Assembly: GCA_965235115.1 (NCBI GenBank)
Contig: OZ249441.1
Location: forward strand, 2,170,001 to 2,234,000
Source: Laetmonice hystrix
Taxonomy: Eukaryota
Direction of reading: 5' to 3'
DNA length: 64,000 nucleotides
Shown: in pieces, positions 22,655-35,139 of the stretch
Numbering within the stretch: the first letter of the stretch is position 1
How the letters are laid out: each line of letters starts with the position of its first letter
Translations under genes and position numbers: made by a program
Notes under the pieces: model-generated
What the model was told of the DNA's origin: nothing
The model's database searches: none
The model's input: only the letters and a program-made list of their open reading frames with translations

Positions 22655-23725
22655 AGTATTCAGTCTGCCGTCGGTTGGCCCCCAGCTGACGCCTGTACCG
22701 GACTGTAGTATTCAGTGTGCCGTCGGCTGACCCCCAGCTGACGCCTGGACCAGACTGTGTAGTATTCAGTGTGCCGTTGGCTGGCCCCCAGCTGACGCCT
22801 GTACCGGACTGTAGTATTCAGTCTGCCGTCGGCTGGCCCCCAGCTGACGCCTGGACCGGACTGTGTAGTATTCAGTGTGCCGTCAGCTGGCCCCCAGCTG
22901 ACGCCTGTACCGGACTGTAGTATTCAGTGTGCCGTCGGCTGGCCCCCAGCTGACGCCTGTACCGGACTGTAGTATTCAGTGTGCCGTCGGCTGGCCCCCA
23001 GCTGACGCCTGTACCAGACTGTAGTATTTAGTCTGCCGTCGGTTGGCCCCCAGCTGACGCCTGTACCAGACTGTGGTATTCAGTGTGCCGTCGGCTGGCC
23101 CCCAGCTGACGCCTGTACCAGACTGTAGTATTCAGTGTGCCGTCGGCTGGCCCCCAGCTGACGCCTGTACCAGACTATGGACTATGTCTGCCGTCGGTTG
23201 GCCCCCAGCTGACGCCTGTACCGGACTGTATTATTCAGTGTGCCGTCGGCTGACCCCCAGCTGACGCCTGGACCAGACTGTGTAGTATTCAGTGTGCCGT
23301 TGGCTGGCCCCCAGCTGACGCCTGTACCGGACTGTAGTATTCAGTCTGCCGTCGGCTGGCCCCCAGCTGACGCCTGGACCGGACTGTGTAGTATTCAGTG
23401 TGCCGTCAGCTGGCCCCCAGCTGACGCCTGTACCGGACTGTAGTATTCAGTGTGCCGTCGGCTGGCCCCCAGCTGACGCCTGTACCAGACTGTAGTATTT
23501 AGTCTGCCGTCGGTTGGCCCCCAGCTGACGCCTGTACCAGACTGTAGTATTCAGTGTGCCGTCGGCTGGCCCCCAGCTGACGCCTGTACCAGACTGTAGT
23601 ATTCAGTGTGCCGTCGGCTGGCCCCCAGCTGACGCCTGTACCAGACTGTAGTATTCAGTGTGCCGTCGGTTGGCCCCCAGATGACGCCTGTACCAGACTG
23701 TAGTATTCTGTGTGCCGTCGGTTGC
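22655..23725. repeat. 52/54-bp minisatellite, right block, ~20 copies
   Basis: Same unit as 22053-22300. Confidence 0.95.
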
Positions 23726-24126
23726 ATGGTCAGGATTACGATGTTGCTCGCTCTCTGTGAGCCTGTCTCCCTCGTTATCTGTCTGATGATTCAGGGTGGT
23801 CAGTTTCTCACGATTTCAACAACTCCCACACCTTCCATCATTCCAGAAGAGCCTGATGTTTAACACAGTATGAGAGAAACGACAGTCTGATGCTGCAAAC
23901 AGGAATGGTGAAAGATGCTCCAATACAAGTTTATATCGTTGTGAAACCAGAAAATATATACGTATTAAACTAATTGAGTACTTTGTCATTTGATGAGTTA
24001 GAATACGTTATTTAGAAAAGGGTGGCCTGAGAGTCAGAGAATAACTCACTTAAGTTACTTTCCGAAAGTGTACAAATGGTGTCCACAGCCACACAAGTTT
24101 GAAGCCGTAGTAAGACAAGATTAGTT

Positions 24127-24412
24127 GATATTTTGATGGGCCAGGGCGTGTGGGCTGCCTGACGGCATCAGGGAGGAGGTGTATTATGTGTGTATGCACC
24201 CAGTATGGTTGAGAACGTGATAGATGTGATATTTTGATGGGCCAGGGCGTGTGGGCTGTCTGACGGCATCAGGGAGGAGGTGTATTATGTGTGTGTGCAC
24301 CCAGTATGGTTGAGAACGTGATATTTTGATGGGCCAGGGCGTGTGGGCTGTCTGACGGCATCAGGAAGGAGGTGTATTATGTGTGTGTGCACCCAGTATG
24401 GTTGAAAACGTG
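24127..24412. repeat. Tandem triplication, 92-101-bp unit
   Basis: gatattttgatgggccagggcgtgtgggctg...cacccagtatggttgagaacgt at 24127, 24228 and 24320. Confidence 0.9.
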
Positions 24413-24520
24413 AAGAAAGGACGTTACAGAATAGCACGACAAGCTGTAATAGAAAAGATCTTTGCAAGGAAGGACAATTTCCTCAAGATAGCCCATGCAG
24501 TTGCAGATATGTTTGTTCAG

Positions 24521-24532
24521 CTGTTGCGGACG
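24521..24532 (+). CDS. Candidate 12-nt microexon ctgttgcggacg
   Basis: Acceptor tttgttcAG, consensus donor GTGAGT. Confidence 0.25.
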
Positions 24533-25079
24533 GTGAGTGGACTTTCCCGATTAGTGTGGGGAGAAGCATCAGACCAGTCTGGTTCTACCAGTACAGAAGA
24601 GCAGAGAAGAGTCTACTCTAGACCTTTCCAAATACGCACACATTGCAAGGAAATTGCTTGTCATATCTAAGTGCCCCAAACGACTCCAATAGATATGGTT
24701 TTGGTTTACACACCCGTAAAACGTTGTCACCGTATCTTGATGGACTGAATGGCGTACACTGTGTCTATATATTACACCGGAAGGTGATCAGACATGTGCA
24801 CGCTTATTGTTCCTTCTGGAGGAACTGTACGTGTTCCAGGGCAAAAATTTCCAATTCAGAGTAAACAAATATCCAGTTTGGGAGAATGCTCTGTAAATGT
24901 TCCTCGCCTTACAACACTGAAACAGTGCGACTTACAACTAAAGACTTGTTTAATTATACATTTTTTCATTTCTTTTATGTTAGCATGGTTTCAAAGCGTG
25001 AAGTGTCTCCTTGATACCTCACTACTCAGCAGTTCATACAAGATTCTATGATCTTTCTTACATTATCATTCACCTACAG

Positions 25080-25111
25080 TTAACTTCTTTGAGGATGACG
25101 TCCATCGGAGT
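25080..25111 (+). CDS. Candidate 32-nt exon (NFFEDDVHRS)
   Basis: Acceptor ctttcttacattatcattcacctacAG, donor GTGAGT. Confidence 0.3.
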
Positions 25112-25135
25112 GTGAGTAGTGAGACATGAAGTTGT

Positions 25136-27199
25136 CACCAGCAAGGATTGGCAGAGAACAGTTCAGGGTTGGCAGACCAGTTGATGACACCAACAAGGAT
25201 TGGCAGAGAACAGTTCAGGGTTGGCAGACCAGTTGGTGACACCAGCAAGGATTGGCAGAGAACAGTTCAGGGTTGGCAGACCAGTTGGTGACACCAGCAA
25301 GGATTGACAGAGAACAGTTCAGGGTTGGCAGACCAGTTGGTGACACCAACAAGGATTGGCAGAGAACAGTTCAGGGTTGGCAGACCAGTTGGTGACACCA
25401 ACAAGGATTGGCAGAGAACAGTTCAGGGTTGGCAGACCAGTTGGTGACACCAACAGGGATTGGCAGAGAACAGTTCAGGGTTGGCAGACCAGTTGGTGAC
25501 ACCAGCAAGGATTGGCAGAGAACAGTTCAGGGTTGGCAGAGCAGTTGGTGACACCAGCAGGGATTGACAGAGAACAGTTCAGGGTTGGCAGACCAGTTGG
25601 GGACACCAACAGGGATTGACAGAGAACAGTTCAGGGTTGGCAGACCAGTTGGGGACACCAACAGGGATTGACAGAGAACAGTTCAGGGTTGGCAGACCAG
25701 TTGGTGACACCAGCAGGGATTGGCAGAGAACAGTTCAGGGTTGGCAGACCAGTTGATGACACCAGTAGGGATTGGCAGAGAACAGTTCAGGGTTGGCAGA
25801 CCAGTTGGTGACACCAGTAGGGATTGGCAGAGAACAGTTCAGGGTTGGCAGACCAGTTGATGACACCAGCTTTGAGCAAGGATTGGCAGAGAACAGTTCA
25901 GGGTTGGCAGACCAGTTGATGACACCAGCAGGGATTGGCAGAGAACAGTTCAGGGTTGGTAGACCAGTTGGTGACACCAATAGGGATTGACAGAGAACAG
26001 TTCAGGGTTGGCAGACCAGTTGGTGACACCAACAAGGATTGGCAGAGAACAGTTCAGGGTTGGCAGACCAGTTGGTGACACCAACAGGGATTGGCAGAGA
26101 ACAGTTCAGGGTTGGCAGACCAGTTGGTGACACCAGCAGGGATTGGCAGAGAACAGTTCAGGGTTGGCAGACCAGTTGATGACACCAGCAGGGATTGGCA
26201 GAGAACAGTTCAGGGTTGGCAGACCAGTTGGTGACACCAGCAGGGATTGGCAGAGAACAGTTCAGGGTTGGCAGACCAGTTGGTGACACCAGCTTTGAGC
26301 AAGGATTGGCAGAGAACAGTTCAGGGTTGGCAGACCAGTTGGTGACACCAACAAGGATTGGCAGAGAACAGTTCAGGGTTGGCAGACCAGTTGGTGACAC
26401 CAGCAGGGATTGGCAGAGAACAGTTCAGGGTTGGCAGACCAGTTGGTGACACCAACAGGGATTGGCAGAGAACAGTTCAGGGTTGGCAGACCAGTTGGTG
26501 ACACCAGCAGGGATTGGCAGAGAACAGTTCAGGGTCGGCAGACCAGTTGGTGACACCAGTAGGGATTGGCAGAGAACAGTTCAGGGTTGGCAGACCAGTT
26601 GGTGACACCAACAGGGATTGGCAGAGAACAGTTCAGGGTTGGCAGACCAGTTGGTGACACCAGCAAGGATTGGCAGAGAACAGTTCAGGGTTGGCAGACC
26701 AGTTGGTGACACCAGTAGGGATTGGCAGAGAACAGTTCAGGGTTGGCAGACCAGTTGCTGACACCAGCAGGGAGTGGCAGAGAACAGTTCAGGGTTGGCA
26801 GACCAGTTGGTGACACCAGCTTTGAGCAAGGATTGGCAGAGAACAGTTCAGGGTTGGCAGACCAGTTGGTGACACCAGCAGGGATTGGCAGAGAACAGTT
26901 CAGGGTCGGCAGACCAGTTGGTGACACCAGTAGGGATTGGCAGAGAACAGTTCAGGGTTGGCAGACCAGTTGGTGACACCAGTAGGGATTGGCAGAGAAC
27001 AGTTCAGGGTTGGCAGACCAGTTGATGACACCAGCAGGGATTGGCAGAGAACAGTTCAGGGTTGGCAGACCAGTTGGTGACACAAGCTTTGAGCAAGGAT
27101 TGGCAGAGAACAGTTCAGGGTTGGCAGACCAGTTGGTGACACCAGCTTTGAGCAAGGATTGGCAGAGAACAGTTCAGGGTTGGCAGACCAGTTGATGAC
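25136..27199. repeat. Minisatellite, 52-bp unit (five 60-bp variants), ~39 copies
   Basis: Unit gacaccagcaaggattggcagagaacagttcagggttggcagaccagttggt; the longer variant carries gctttgag. Confidence 0.97.
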
Positions 27200-28026
27200 T
27201 ATGTGGCATGGTCTGGTCGCCTCATATTGAACCCTCACCACGTGGTCAGGGCAGGCCGTGTCTCAACATGTGCCTGCAGCCAACGCTGAACTAGTTCGGT
27301 TACAACATGGTCCGGCCCCTCCACATATTCATGCCAGGGTTGTTTTTGTCGGGACATTGCTGCCAAGCTGAAGTAGGGCGTTAAGGAGCTGGCCGACTAG
27401 AAACAGTCATCAAGTCTTAAAGGTTATCCCTGTAATCCGCACGTCGACCCTCTCCTAATGTCCTCGGTCGGGAGATTTTGGAGTTCAAGTGTTTATTCAA
27501 CCTGCCTCCCAATACTGAGCTCAGAAAGGCTGATCAGATGTGGACGATACTCTATAAAATCTCAGATGAAGCGGTAATATTGGGCGTGTTTGAAGACATG
27601 CGATTTGCATTAATACCTACTGTCACAGTGCTAAGTAAAAAGTGGTTAGAATTGCCCTCAAATATTACATACATGCAATTATGTGTAAACTCAAACATAT
27701 ATCTTTTATAAATGTATACTTTGGATCACTTTAATTTGGCCAGGAAGTTGGGGTTGAAGGTATTTCTTTTCCGAAGTTCTGTTTAAAAGTAATTAACTTC
27801 CAAAGTGACAAATATTAAATTTCCCTGCGTAACCAAGATGTTGACGAAAGTCCGCGGGGGAGATCAAATATCGACAGGCCCCGGCAGTGTTTAATCTGGA
27901 TTTATTGCAGCCAATTGTTTCTGTGTGTCTTTTGAAGCTCTCCAAGTTGAAGAGAACATCAGCCTGACTGTTTCCAATTACACTGATGATAGTGAAACCT
28001 GTAAACTTCCCTGCCAGTCGCTCAGA

Positions 28027-28833
28027 CTTGTGGCGGACTTGGGGAGCGGTCCACCAACTCGCCCAGTCTCGGTGACTCTCCCAGTCTCGCTGACTCGCCC
28101 GGTCTCGGTGGCTGCCAGTCGGTCAGCCCCAATCTTGTGGCCGACTTGGTGAGCGGTCCACCAACTCACCCAGTCTCGGTGACTCGCCCAGTCTCAGTGA
28201 CTCGCCCAGTCTCGGTGGCTTGCCCAGTCTCGGTGACTCGCCCAGTCTCGGTGACTCGCCCAGTCTCAGTGACTCGCCCAGTCTCGGTGGCTTGCCCAGT
28301 CTCAGTGACTCGCCCAGTCTCGGTGACTCGCCCAGTCTCGGTGACTCTCCCAGTCTCAGTGACTCGCCCAGTCTCAGTGACTCGCCCAGTCTCAGTGACT
28401 CTCCCAGTCTCAGTGACTCGCCCAGTCTCAGTGACTCGCCCAGTCTCGCTGACTCGCCCAGTCTCGCTGACTCGCCCAGTCTCGCTGACTCGCCCAGTCT
28501 CGGTGACTCTCCCAGTCTCGGTGACTCGCCCAGTCTCGGTGACTCGCCCAGTCTCGGTGACTCGCCCAGTCTCGGTGACTCGCCCAGTCTCGGTGGCTTG
28601 CCCAGTCTCGGTGGCTTGCCCAGTCTCGGTGGCTCGCCCAGTCTCGGTGACTCGCCCAGTCTCGGTGACTCGCCCAGTCTCAGTGACTCGCCCAGTCTCG
28701 CTGACTCGCCCAGTCTCGCTGACTCGCCCAGTCTCGCTGACTCGCCCAGTCTCGCTGACTCGCCCAGTCTCGCTGACTCGCCCAGTCTCGCTGACTCGCC
28801 CAGTCTCGGTGGCTCGCCCAGTCTCGGTGGCTT
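28027..28833. repeat. 18-bp minisatellite (~40 copies) nested in a ~108-bp duplication
   Basis: Unit ctcgcccagtctcggtga; the leader cttgtggc(g/c)gacttgg(g/t)gagcggtccaccaactc occurs at 28027 and ~28134. Confidence 0.95.
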
Positions 28834-29318
28834 ATGTTGGTCCCGGCTACACTCCAGCTCGACGCCACCCTCTGAGCTTGACGTGTTCCCCTTCAACTAA
28901 TCACGATACAGAGACAAACGAGCGTCCACCAATCAGGAAGCTGATATCTGATATGTTCCGCAGGTCCGAGATGACATTGTCCTCTCCTCGTTGTGCGCCC
29001 AGGGGTTCAGAGAGACACCTTTGGTTCACGGAATGGTTCCACCCACCGCCGACAGGTGGCGGAAGGCGGGGGGGGGGGGCGCCGATCGTCACTTACATAG
29101 ATCGAGTGCAGCAGTGGAGGAATGACAAAACGTGACCCTAAACCTGGAAAGGTCAAACTGTGGCAAGCCGCCCTGGAGACATTGCCTATTTTAATGTGGA
29201 AAGTTAATTTCTCCCGGGTACCGATCGGTAAGTACTGTCCTATAGAAGCAATGAGGTGAACGACCCTCATCTACTTGGACCAGGCCAGGGCGGAGACCAG
29301 TTCCCGGTATTGTATGGA

Positions 29319-29756
29319 CCTGATCAAACTAGAGCTACCTCTCGGCGTCAACAACCTGATCAGACTAGAGCTACCTCTCGGCGTCAACAACCTGATCAGA
29401 CTAGAGCTACCTCTCGGCGTCAACAACCTGATCAAACTAGAGCTACCTCTCGGCGTCAACAACCTGATCAGACTAGAGCTACCTCTCGGCGTCAACAACC
29501 TGATCAAACTAGAGCTACCTCTCGGCGTCAACAACCTGATCAGACTAGAGCTACCTCTCGGCGTCAACAACCTGATCAAACTAGAGCTACCTCTCGGCGT
29601 CAACAACCTGATCAGACTAGAGCTACCTCTCGGCGTCAACAACCTGATCAGACTAGAGCTACCTCTCGGCGTCAACAACCTGATCAGACTAGAGCTACCT
29701 CTCGGCGTCAACAACCTTATCAGACGTTTTCTAGAGCTACCTCTCGGCGTCAACAA
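29319..29756. repeat. Minisatellite, 36-bp unit, ~12 copies
   Basis: Unit cctgatca(g/a)actagagctacctctcggcgtcaacaa. Confidence 0.95.
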
Positions 29757-30474
29757 AGTCAGGGTGCATGGCTTAGAATGTGAGAATGCCCCCGATCATA
29801 CTCCGCAACTGTGAGGTTGAGTAGAATTAGAAAATTGAAATTTGAGAGCGATAGTTAATTTGAACGGAAGTCGAAGGGCTGGTACTTGACGGGCCTCAAG
29901 CTCAGATGTTCAAGTAAAGAACAACTAGCAGATTGAATTCCGTCACCTTGTCTGCTATAAAACTAATGGTGGGTTCGACGGCGTCTTGTAGACACGTGGT
30001 AAATATCTAGGGCATTATATTTGAATCCGCCACCGTGTATTGAAAATGTTGGCTTGGAATGAGATGGTCTGAGTGACGGTAAGAAATGACTTGAAGCCAG
30101 TGTCACGGACTCGCGGTGGAACCCTGAGTCATGAGCAGTGAACGGGGGAAATCAACAATGAACAATTCTCAAAGGAATTCGTAAAAAAATAAACAACCCT
30201 TCGTGAAAAGGAGAATGGAATGAGGAAATGAAAGGTCATTAATAAAAAAGTCTGTTAAACTAATCGTCCTAAAACCACACTTTTTATAGTTACTGCTGGA
30301 GTGTTTTTATAGTTACTGCTGGAGTGTTTGAGATGTTCCACTCTTTCACATGATAATCGTTTGTAGTAGTCCATCAACGTTTGGCCTTGGCATGCTGCGA
30401 GATGTGAACATTGGTTAGTGCACAATTGCCTGTCAGCGGATATTACGAGAGTGACACGGACAAGGTCGTACTTA

Positions 30475-31758
30475 AAACCAAGGTGGAGTGGCTGAAGTTA
30501 GTGTGGTCTCCGTATAATAAACCTAGGTTGAGTGGCTAAAGTTAGTGTGGTCTCCGTATAATAAACCAAGGTTGAGTGGCTGAAGTTAGTGTGGTCTCCG
30601 TATAATAAACCGAGGTGGAGTGGCTAAAGTTAGTGTGGTCTCCGTATAATAAACCAAGGTGGAGTGGCTGAAGTTTGTGTGGTCTCCGTATAATAAACCA
30701 AGGTGGAGTGGCTGAAGTTAGACGGAGTGTGGTCTCCGTATAATAAACCGAGGTGGAGTGGCTAAAGTTAGTGTGGTCTCCGTATAATAAACCAAGGTTG
30801 AGTGACAAGTTAGACGGAGTGTGGTCTCCGTATAATAAACCAAGGTGGAGTGGCTGAAGTTAGTGTGGTCTCCGTATAATAAACCAAGGTTGAGTGACAA
30901 GTTAGACGGAGTGTGGTCTCCGTATAATAAACCAAGGTGGAGTGGCTAAAGTTAGTGTGGTCTCCGTATAATAAACCAAGGTGGAGTGGCTGAAGTTAGA
31001 CGGAGTGTGGTGTCCGTATAATAAACCAAGGTTGAGTGGCTGAAGTTAGTGTGGTCTCCGTATAATAAACCAAGGTTGAGTGACAAGTTAGACGGAGTGT
31101 GGTCTCCGTATAATAAACCAAGGTTGAGTGGCTGAAGTTAGTGTGGTCTCCGTATAATAAACCACGGTGGAGTGGCTGAAGTTAGTGTGGTCTCCGTATA
31201 ATAAACCAAGGTTGAGTGGCTGAAGTTAGTGTGGTCTCCGTATAATAAACCAAGGTTGAGTGACAAGTTAGACGGAGTGTGGTCTCCGTATAATAAACCA
31301 AGGTGAAGTGGCTGAAGTTAGTGTTGTCTCCGTATAATAAACCAAGGTGGAGTGGCTGAAGTTAGACGGAGTGTGGTCTCCGTATAATAAACCAAGGTGG
31401 AGTGGCTGCAGTTAGTGTGGTCTCCGTATAATAAACCAAGGTTGAGTGGCTGAAGTTAGACGGAGTGTGGTCTCCGTATAATAAACCAAGGTTGAGTGGC
31501 TGAAGTTTGTGTGGTCTCCGTATAATAAACCAAGGTTGAGTGGCTGAAGTTAGACGGAGTGTTGTCTCCGTATAATAAACCAAGGTGGAGTGGCTGAAGT
31601 TTGTGTGGTCTCCGTATAATAAACCAAGGTTGAGTGGCTGAAGTTAGACGGAGTGTGGTCTCCGTATAATAAACCAAGGTTGAGTGGCTGAAGTTAGTGT
31701 GGTCTCCGTATAATAAACCAAGGTTGAGTGGCTGAAGTTAGTGTGGTGTCCATATAAT
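30475..31758. repeat. Minisatellite, 44-bp unit with longer variants, ~27 copies
   Basis: Unit aaaccaaggtggagtggctgaagttagtgtggtctccgtataat, with an optional acggag insert. Confidence 0.95.
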
Positions 31759-32288
31759 GGGGTGGTAATCATGTAGTACCCCGGGAGCGGGTGTAGCAGG
31801 TACCGACCATACCTACAGACGTCTTCCGTACACTGCGGGTACTTAACATGCCATAGAAAACGACCACTTTACCCTTCAGTTGGCTCCTTCCAAAAGGTCC
31901 CACTATACTTGACGGAGGCCAAAAGTTGCCGCCAGACCTTGCTAATTCATTCCGTGAAAAATAGCCGTCTCTCACGCAGCGGCGGATGGCGATCCGAGGC
32001 GGGGTACATTTGTTACCAGCAGTTGATGGGTTTAATGCATGTTTGCTGGACCGATCCTTTGATGGTGAGGAGATATAGGAGACTGAGTCCAGCGATACTG
32101 TAGGGGAGAGTTTCGTGTGAACATCAGGTGACACGTTCACACCTGATGGAGACCGCCGCCTGCAGCACAACTACCCGGCGGGGGCAGGCCTACACACCCT
32201 CCTCGGCGTGTAGGAAACTTCAAAGTGGTCACTGCCAGGCACAATACTGTTAGCGCTTTAACTAATATATATTAAAGTGCTACTTCAT

Positions 32289-32452
32289 CATCACGATCTC
32301 TTTCTCCCTTACCACATGCAGTGTCATCACGATCTCTTTCTCCCTTACCACATGCAGTGTCATCACGATCTCTTTCTCCCTTACCACACGCAGTGTCATC
32401 ACGATCTCTTTCTCCCTTACCACATGCAGTGTCATCACGATCTCATTTACCA
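32289..32452. repeat. Minisatellite, 36-bp unit, ~4.5 copies
   Basis: Unit catcacgatctctttctcccttaccacatgcagtgt. Confidence 0.9.
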
Positions 32453-32867
32453 CGGTATCATCACGATGGATTAACGGATATTATCGATACAATTATGCCA
32501 CTTGATAACGACATGATAGCAACCAATAAAACATAAAGACATCGAGGCGCAGGCAATTAGTTAATTAATAAAACCGAACCAGACAAGTTACGTACGTGAC
32601 AGCAGAAGACTTACATCTCTCGTGTCGGCAACCCAAATATTGTCAGAAAGATTGAGATATCCGTATTTGACCACTGTAAACTTTGGCCGCCTATGGCGAC
32701 ACATCATAACCACCCCGTACAGTTCTGCTATATTTTGGCAGGAAAGCTGCCTCATCATGCCTATTAATCATATTAGTCACTTGGGACCTAATGCTGGAAA
32801 TGGAAACGTGAAAGTTGCCGGAGTGTGTAGACTCGATCTGGATTCGGTAAAGCCCAATTACCGAAAC

Positions 32868-33629
32868 GTGAGCGGAGCTGAGGAAAGTTAACAGTACAAA
32901 GATCGGCCTCTCTCGGTTCGGTAGAAGTGAGCCGAGCTGAGGAAAGTTTACAGTACAAAGATCGGCCTCTCTTGGTTCGGTAAAAGTGAGCCGAGCTGAG
33001 GAAAGTTTACAGTACAAAGATCGGCCTCTCTTGGCTCGGTAAAAGTGAGCCGAGCTGAGGAAGGTTTACAGTACAAAGATCGGCCTCTCTTGGCTCGGTA
33101 AAAGTGAGCCGAGTTGAGGAAAGTTTACAGTACAAAGATCGGCCTCTCTTGGCTCGGTAAAAGTGAGCCGAGCTGAGGGAAGTTTACAGTACAAAGATCG
33201 GCCTCTCTTGGCTCCGTAAAAGTGAGCCGAGCTGAGGAAAGTTAACAGTACAAAGATCGGCCTCTCTTGGCTCGGTAAAAGTGAGCCGAGCTGAGGAAAG
33301 TTAACAGTACAAAGATCGGCCTCTCTTGGCTCCGTAAAAGTGAGCCGAGCTGAGGAAAGTTAACAGTACAAAGATCGGCCTCTCTTGGCTCGGTAAAAGT
33401 GAGCCGAGTTGAGGAAAGTTTACAGTACAAAGATCGGCCTCTCTTGGCTCGGTAAAAGTGAGCCGAGCTGAGGAAAGTTTACAGTACAAAGATCGGCCTC
33501 TCTTGGCTCCGTAAAAGTGAGCCGAGCTGAGGAAAGTTAACAGTACAAAGATCGGCCTCTCTTGGCTCGGTAAAAGTGAGCCGAGCTGAGGAAAGTTTAC
33601 AGTACAAAGATCGGCCTCTCTTGGCTCGG
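32868..33629. repeat. Minisatellite, 59-bp unit, ~13 copies
   Basis: Unit gagccgagctgaggaaagtttacagtacaaagatcggcctctcttggctcggtaaaagt. Confidence 0.95.
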
Positions 33630-34349
33630 AAAAAGAAACCAGGTGGCAAACTGATCCCAAATTGAGTACATTTTTAGTGTAATGTAAATGACACCTATAT
33701 ATTTCAGCTCAGAATGGGTGACACCATGTATTTGGGCACAGGGTCTCGGTGATTTGGTGGACTGATTGTGTTAAGATAATCTGAGGGTAGAGCTTCCGCT
33801 ACAAGTTTGACGTTAAACCGACCATTTCTCGACCTATCTCCAGGGATCCAGTGAAACAGTTCACAGAAGTGACGAATTCGATGAGAAGCATTGTAATGAG
33901 ACTTGCCCGATCACCTGATCCCTCCTGAGTGTACCACATGGACGACAACCAACTCACCGGGAATTGTTATACTGGAGATAAATGATGGAATCGTCTCGCG
34001 GGATATTACCAGACGTTTTACGCTCCAAAAAGTCAACATAAAAAAATACTGTACATCCTGATTTATGACTCGTGTTCAGCGACAGGAAGTCTGTGTATGA
34101 CGCGAGGGAGACATGGGAAATTACACGTGGGGTTTGTGTTGTAGAGTGAAGGTTTCCGCCAACGTTACACCTTCCCGGCGGACTCGAGCAAGCCATCCGT
34201 CAAGGTCATCCAGGTCATGTTCTAAGAGGGCTGAATGTGGAGAAGAATCTTTATAAAGGAGCCAGTTTGAGAGAAACACTGAACTGGTTGTTTAGAAACA
34301 CATTTAACGATTCACGGTAATACATGGTAATTGTTCAAGTAGAAACCTT

Positions 34350-34612
34350 ACAGAGAATGCCACCTGTACAAGGACAGAGAATGCCACCTGTACAAGGACA
34401 GAGAATGCCACCTGTACAAGGACAGAGAATGCCACCTGTACAAGGACAGAGAATGCCACCTGTACAAGGACAGAGAATGCCACCTGTACAAGGACAGAGA
34501 ATGCCACCTGTACAAGGACAGAGAATGCCACCTGTACAAGGACAGAGAATGCCACCTGTACAAGGACAGAGAATGCCACCTGTACAAGGACAGAGAATGC
34601 CACCTGTACAAG
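34350..34612. repeat. Minisatellite, 24-bp unit, 11 near-identical copies
   Basis: Unit acagagaatgccacctgtacaagg. Confidence 0.95.
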
Positions 34613-34988
34613 AACAAAAGGTGCCCGGACCATCGTTTTCATTCGATATTCACATTTTGAACCCCATAAATGTGTGTGCATCAGTTTCCAAAGGAAGCTT
34701 GTATAGTGAAGCTGTGGATAATCGGCTATAATATAGCCTGCTCAGGCTCGTTAGATTGGGGACTTGTCTTCGTGGACATTAGGGACTGGCCGCATTGTTC
34801 ATGTAGCGTGTTTAATGGCAGGAACCTTTCAGGGTTTCTTGAAGCCACCATTAGAGAGTATGTACGTGAAGTGAAGTGGTGCCTCTCCACCTTGTGTCGA
34901 TCACGCCTGGGTGAAATATGCTCTCATAATGTGGCGGTTTGGACTCGGGTCTACCACAGATTGAAGGCTCCGTCCACCAACCAGATTA

Positions 34989-35139
34989 ACGTGGGAGGGT
35001 GGTCTATATGACCACGTGGGAGGGCGGTCTCTGACTCTGACCACGTGGGAGGGCCGTGTCGTACCACGTGGGAAGACCGTGTCGTACCACGTGGGAGGGC
35101 GGCCTCTGACCACGTGGGAGGACGGTCTCTGACCACGTA
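34989..35139. repeat. Degenerate minisatellite, ~23-29-bp unit, ~6 copies
   Basis: Core ccacgtgggagg(g/a)cgg. Confidence 0.85.
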
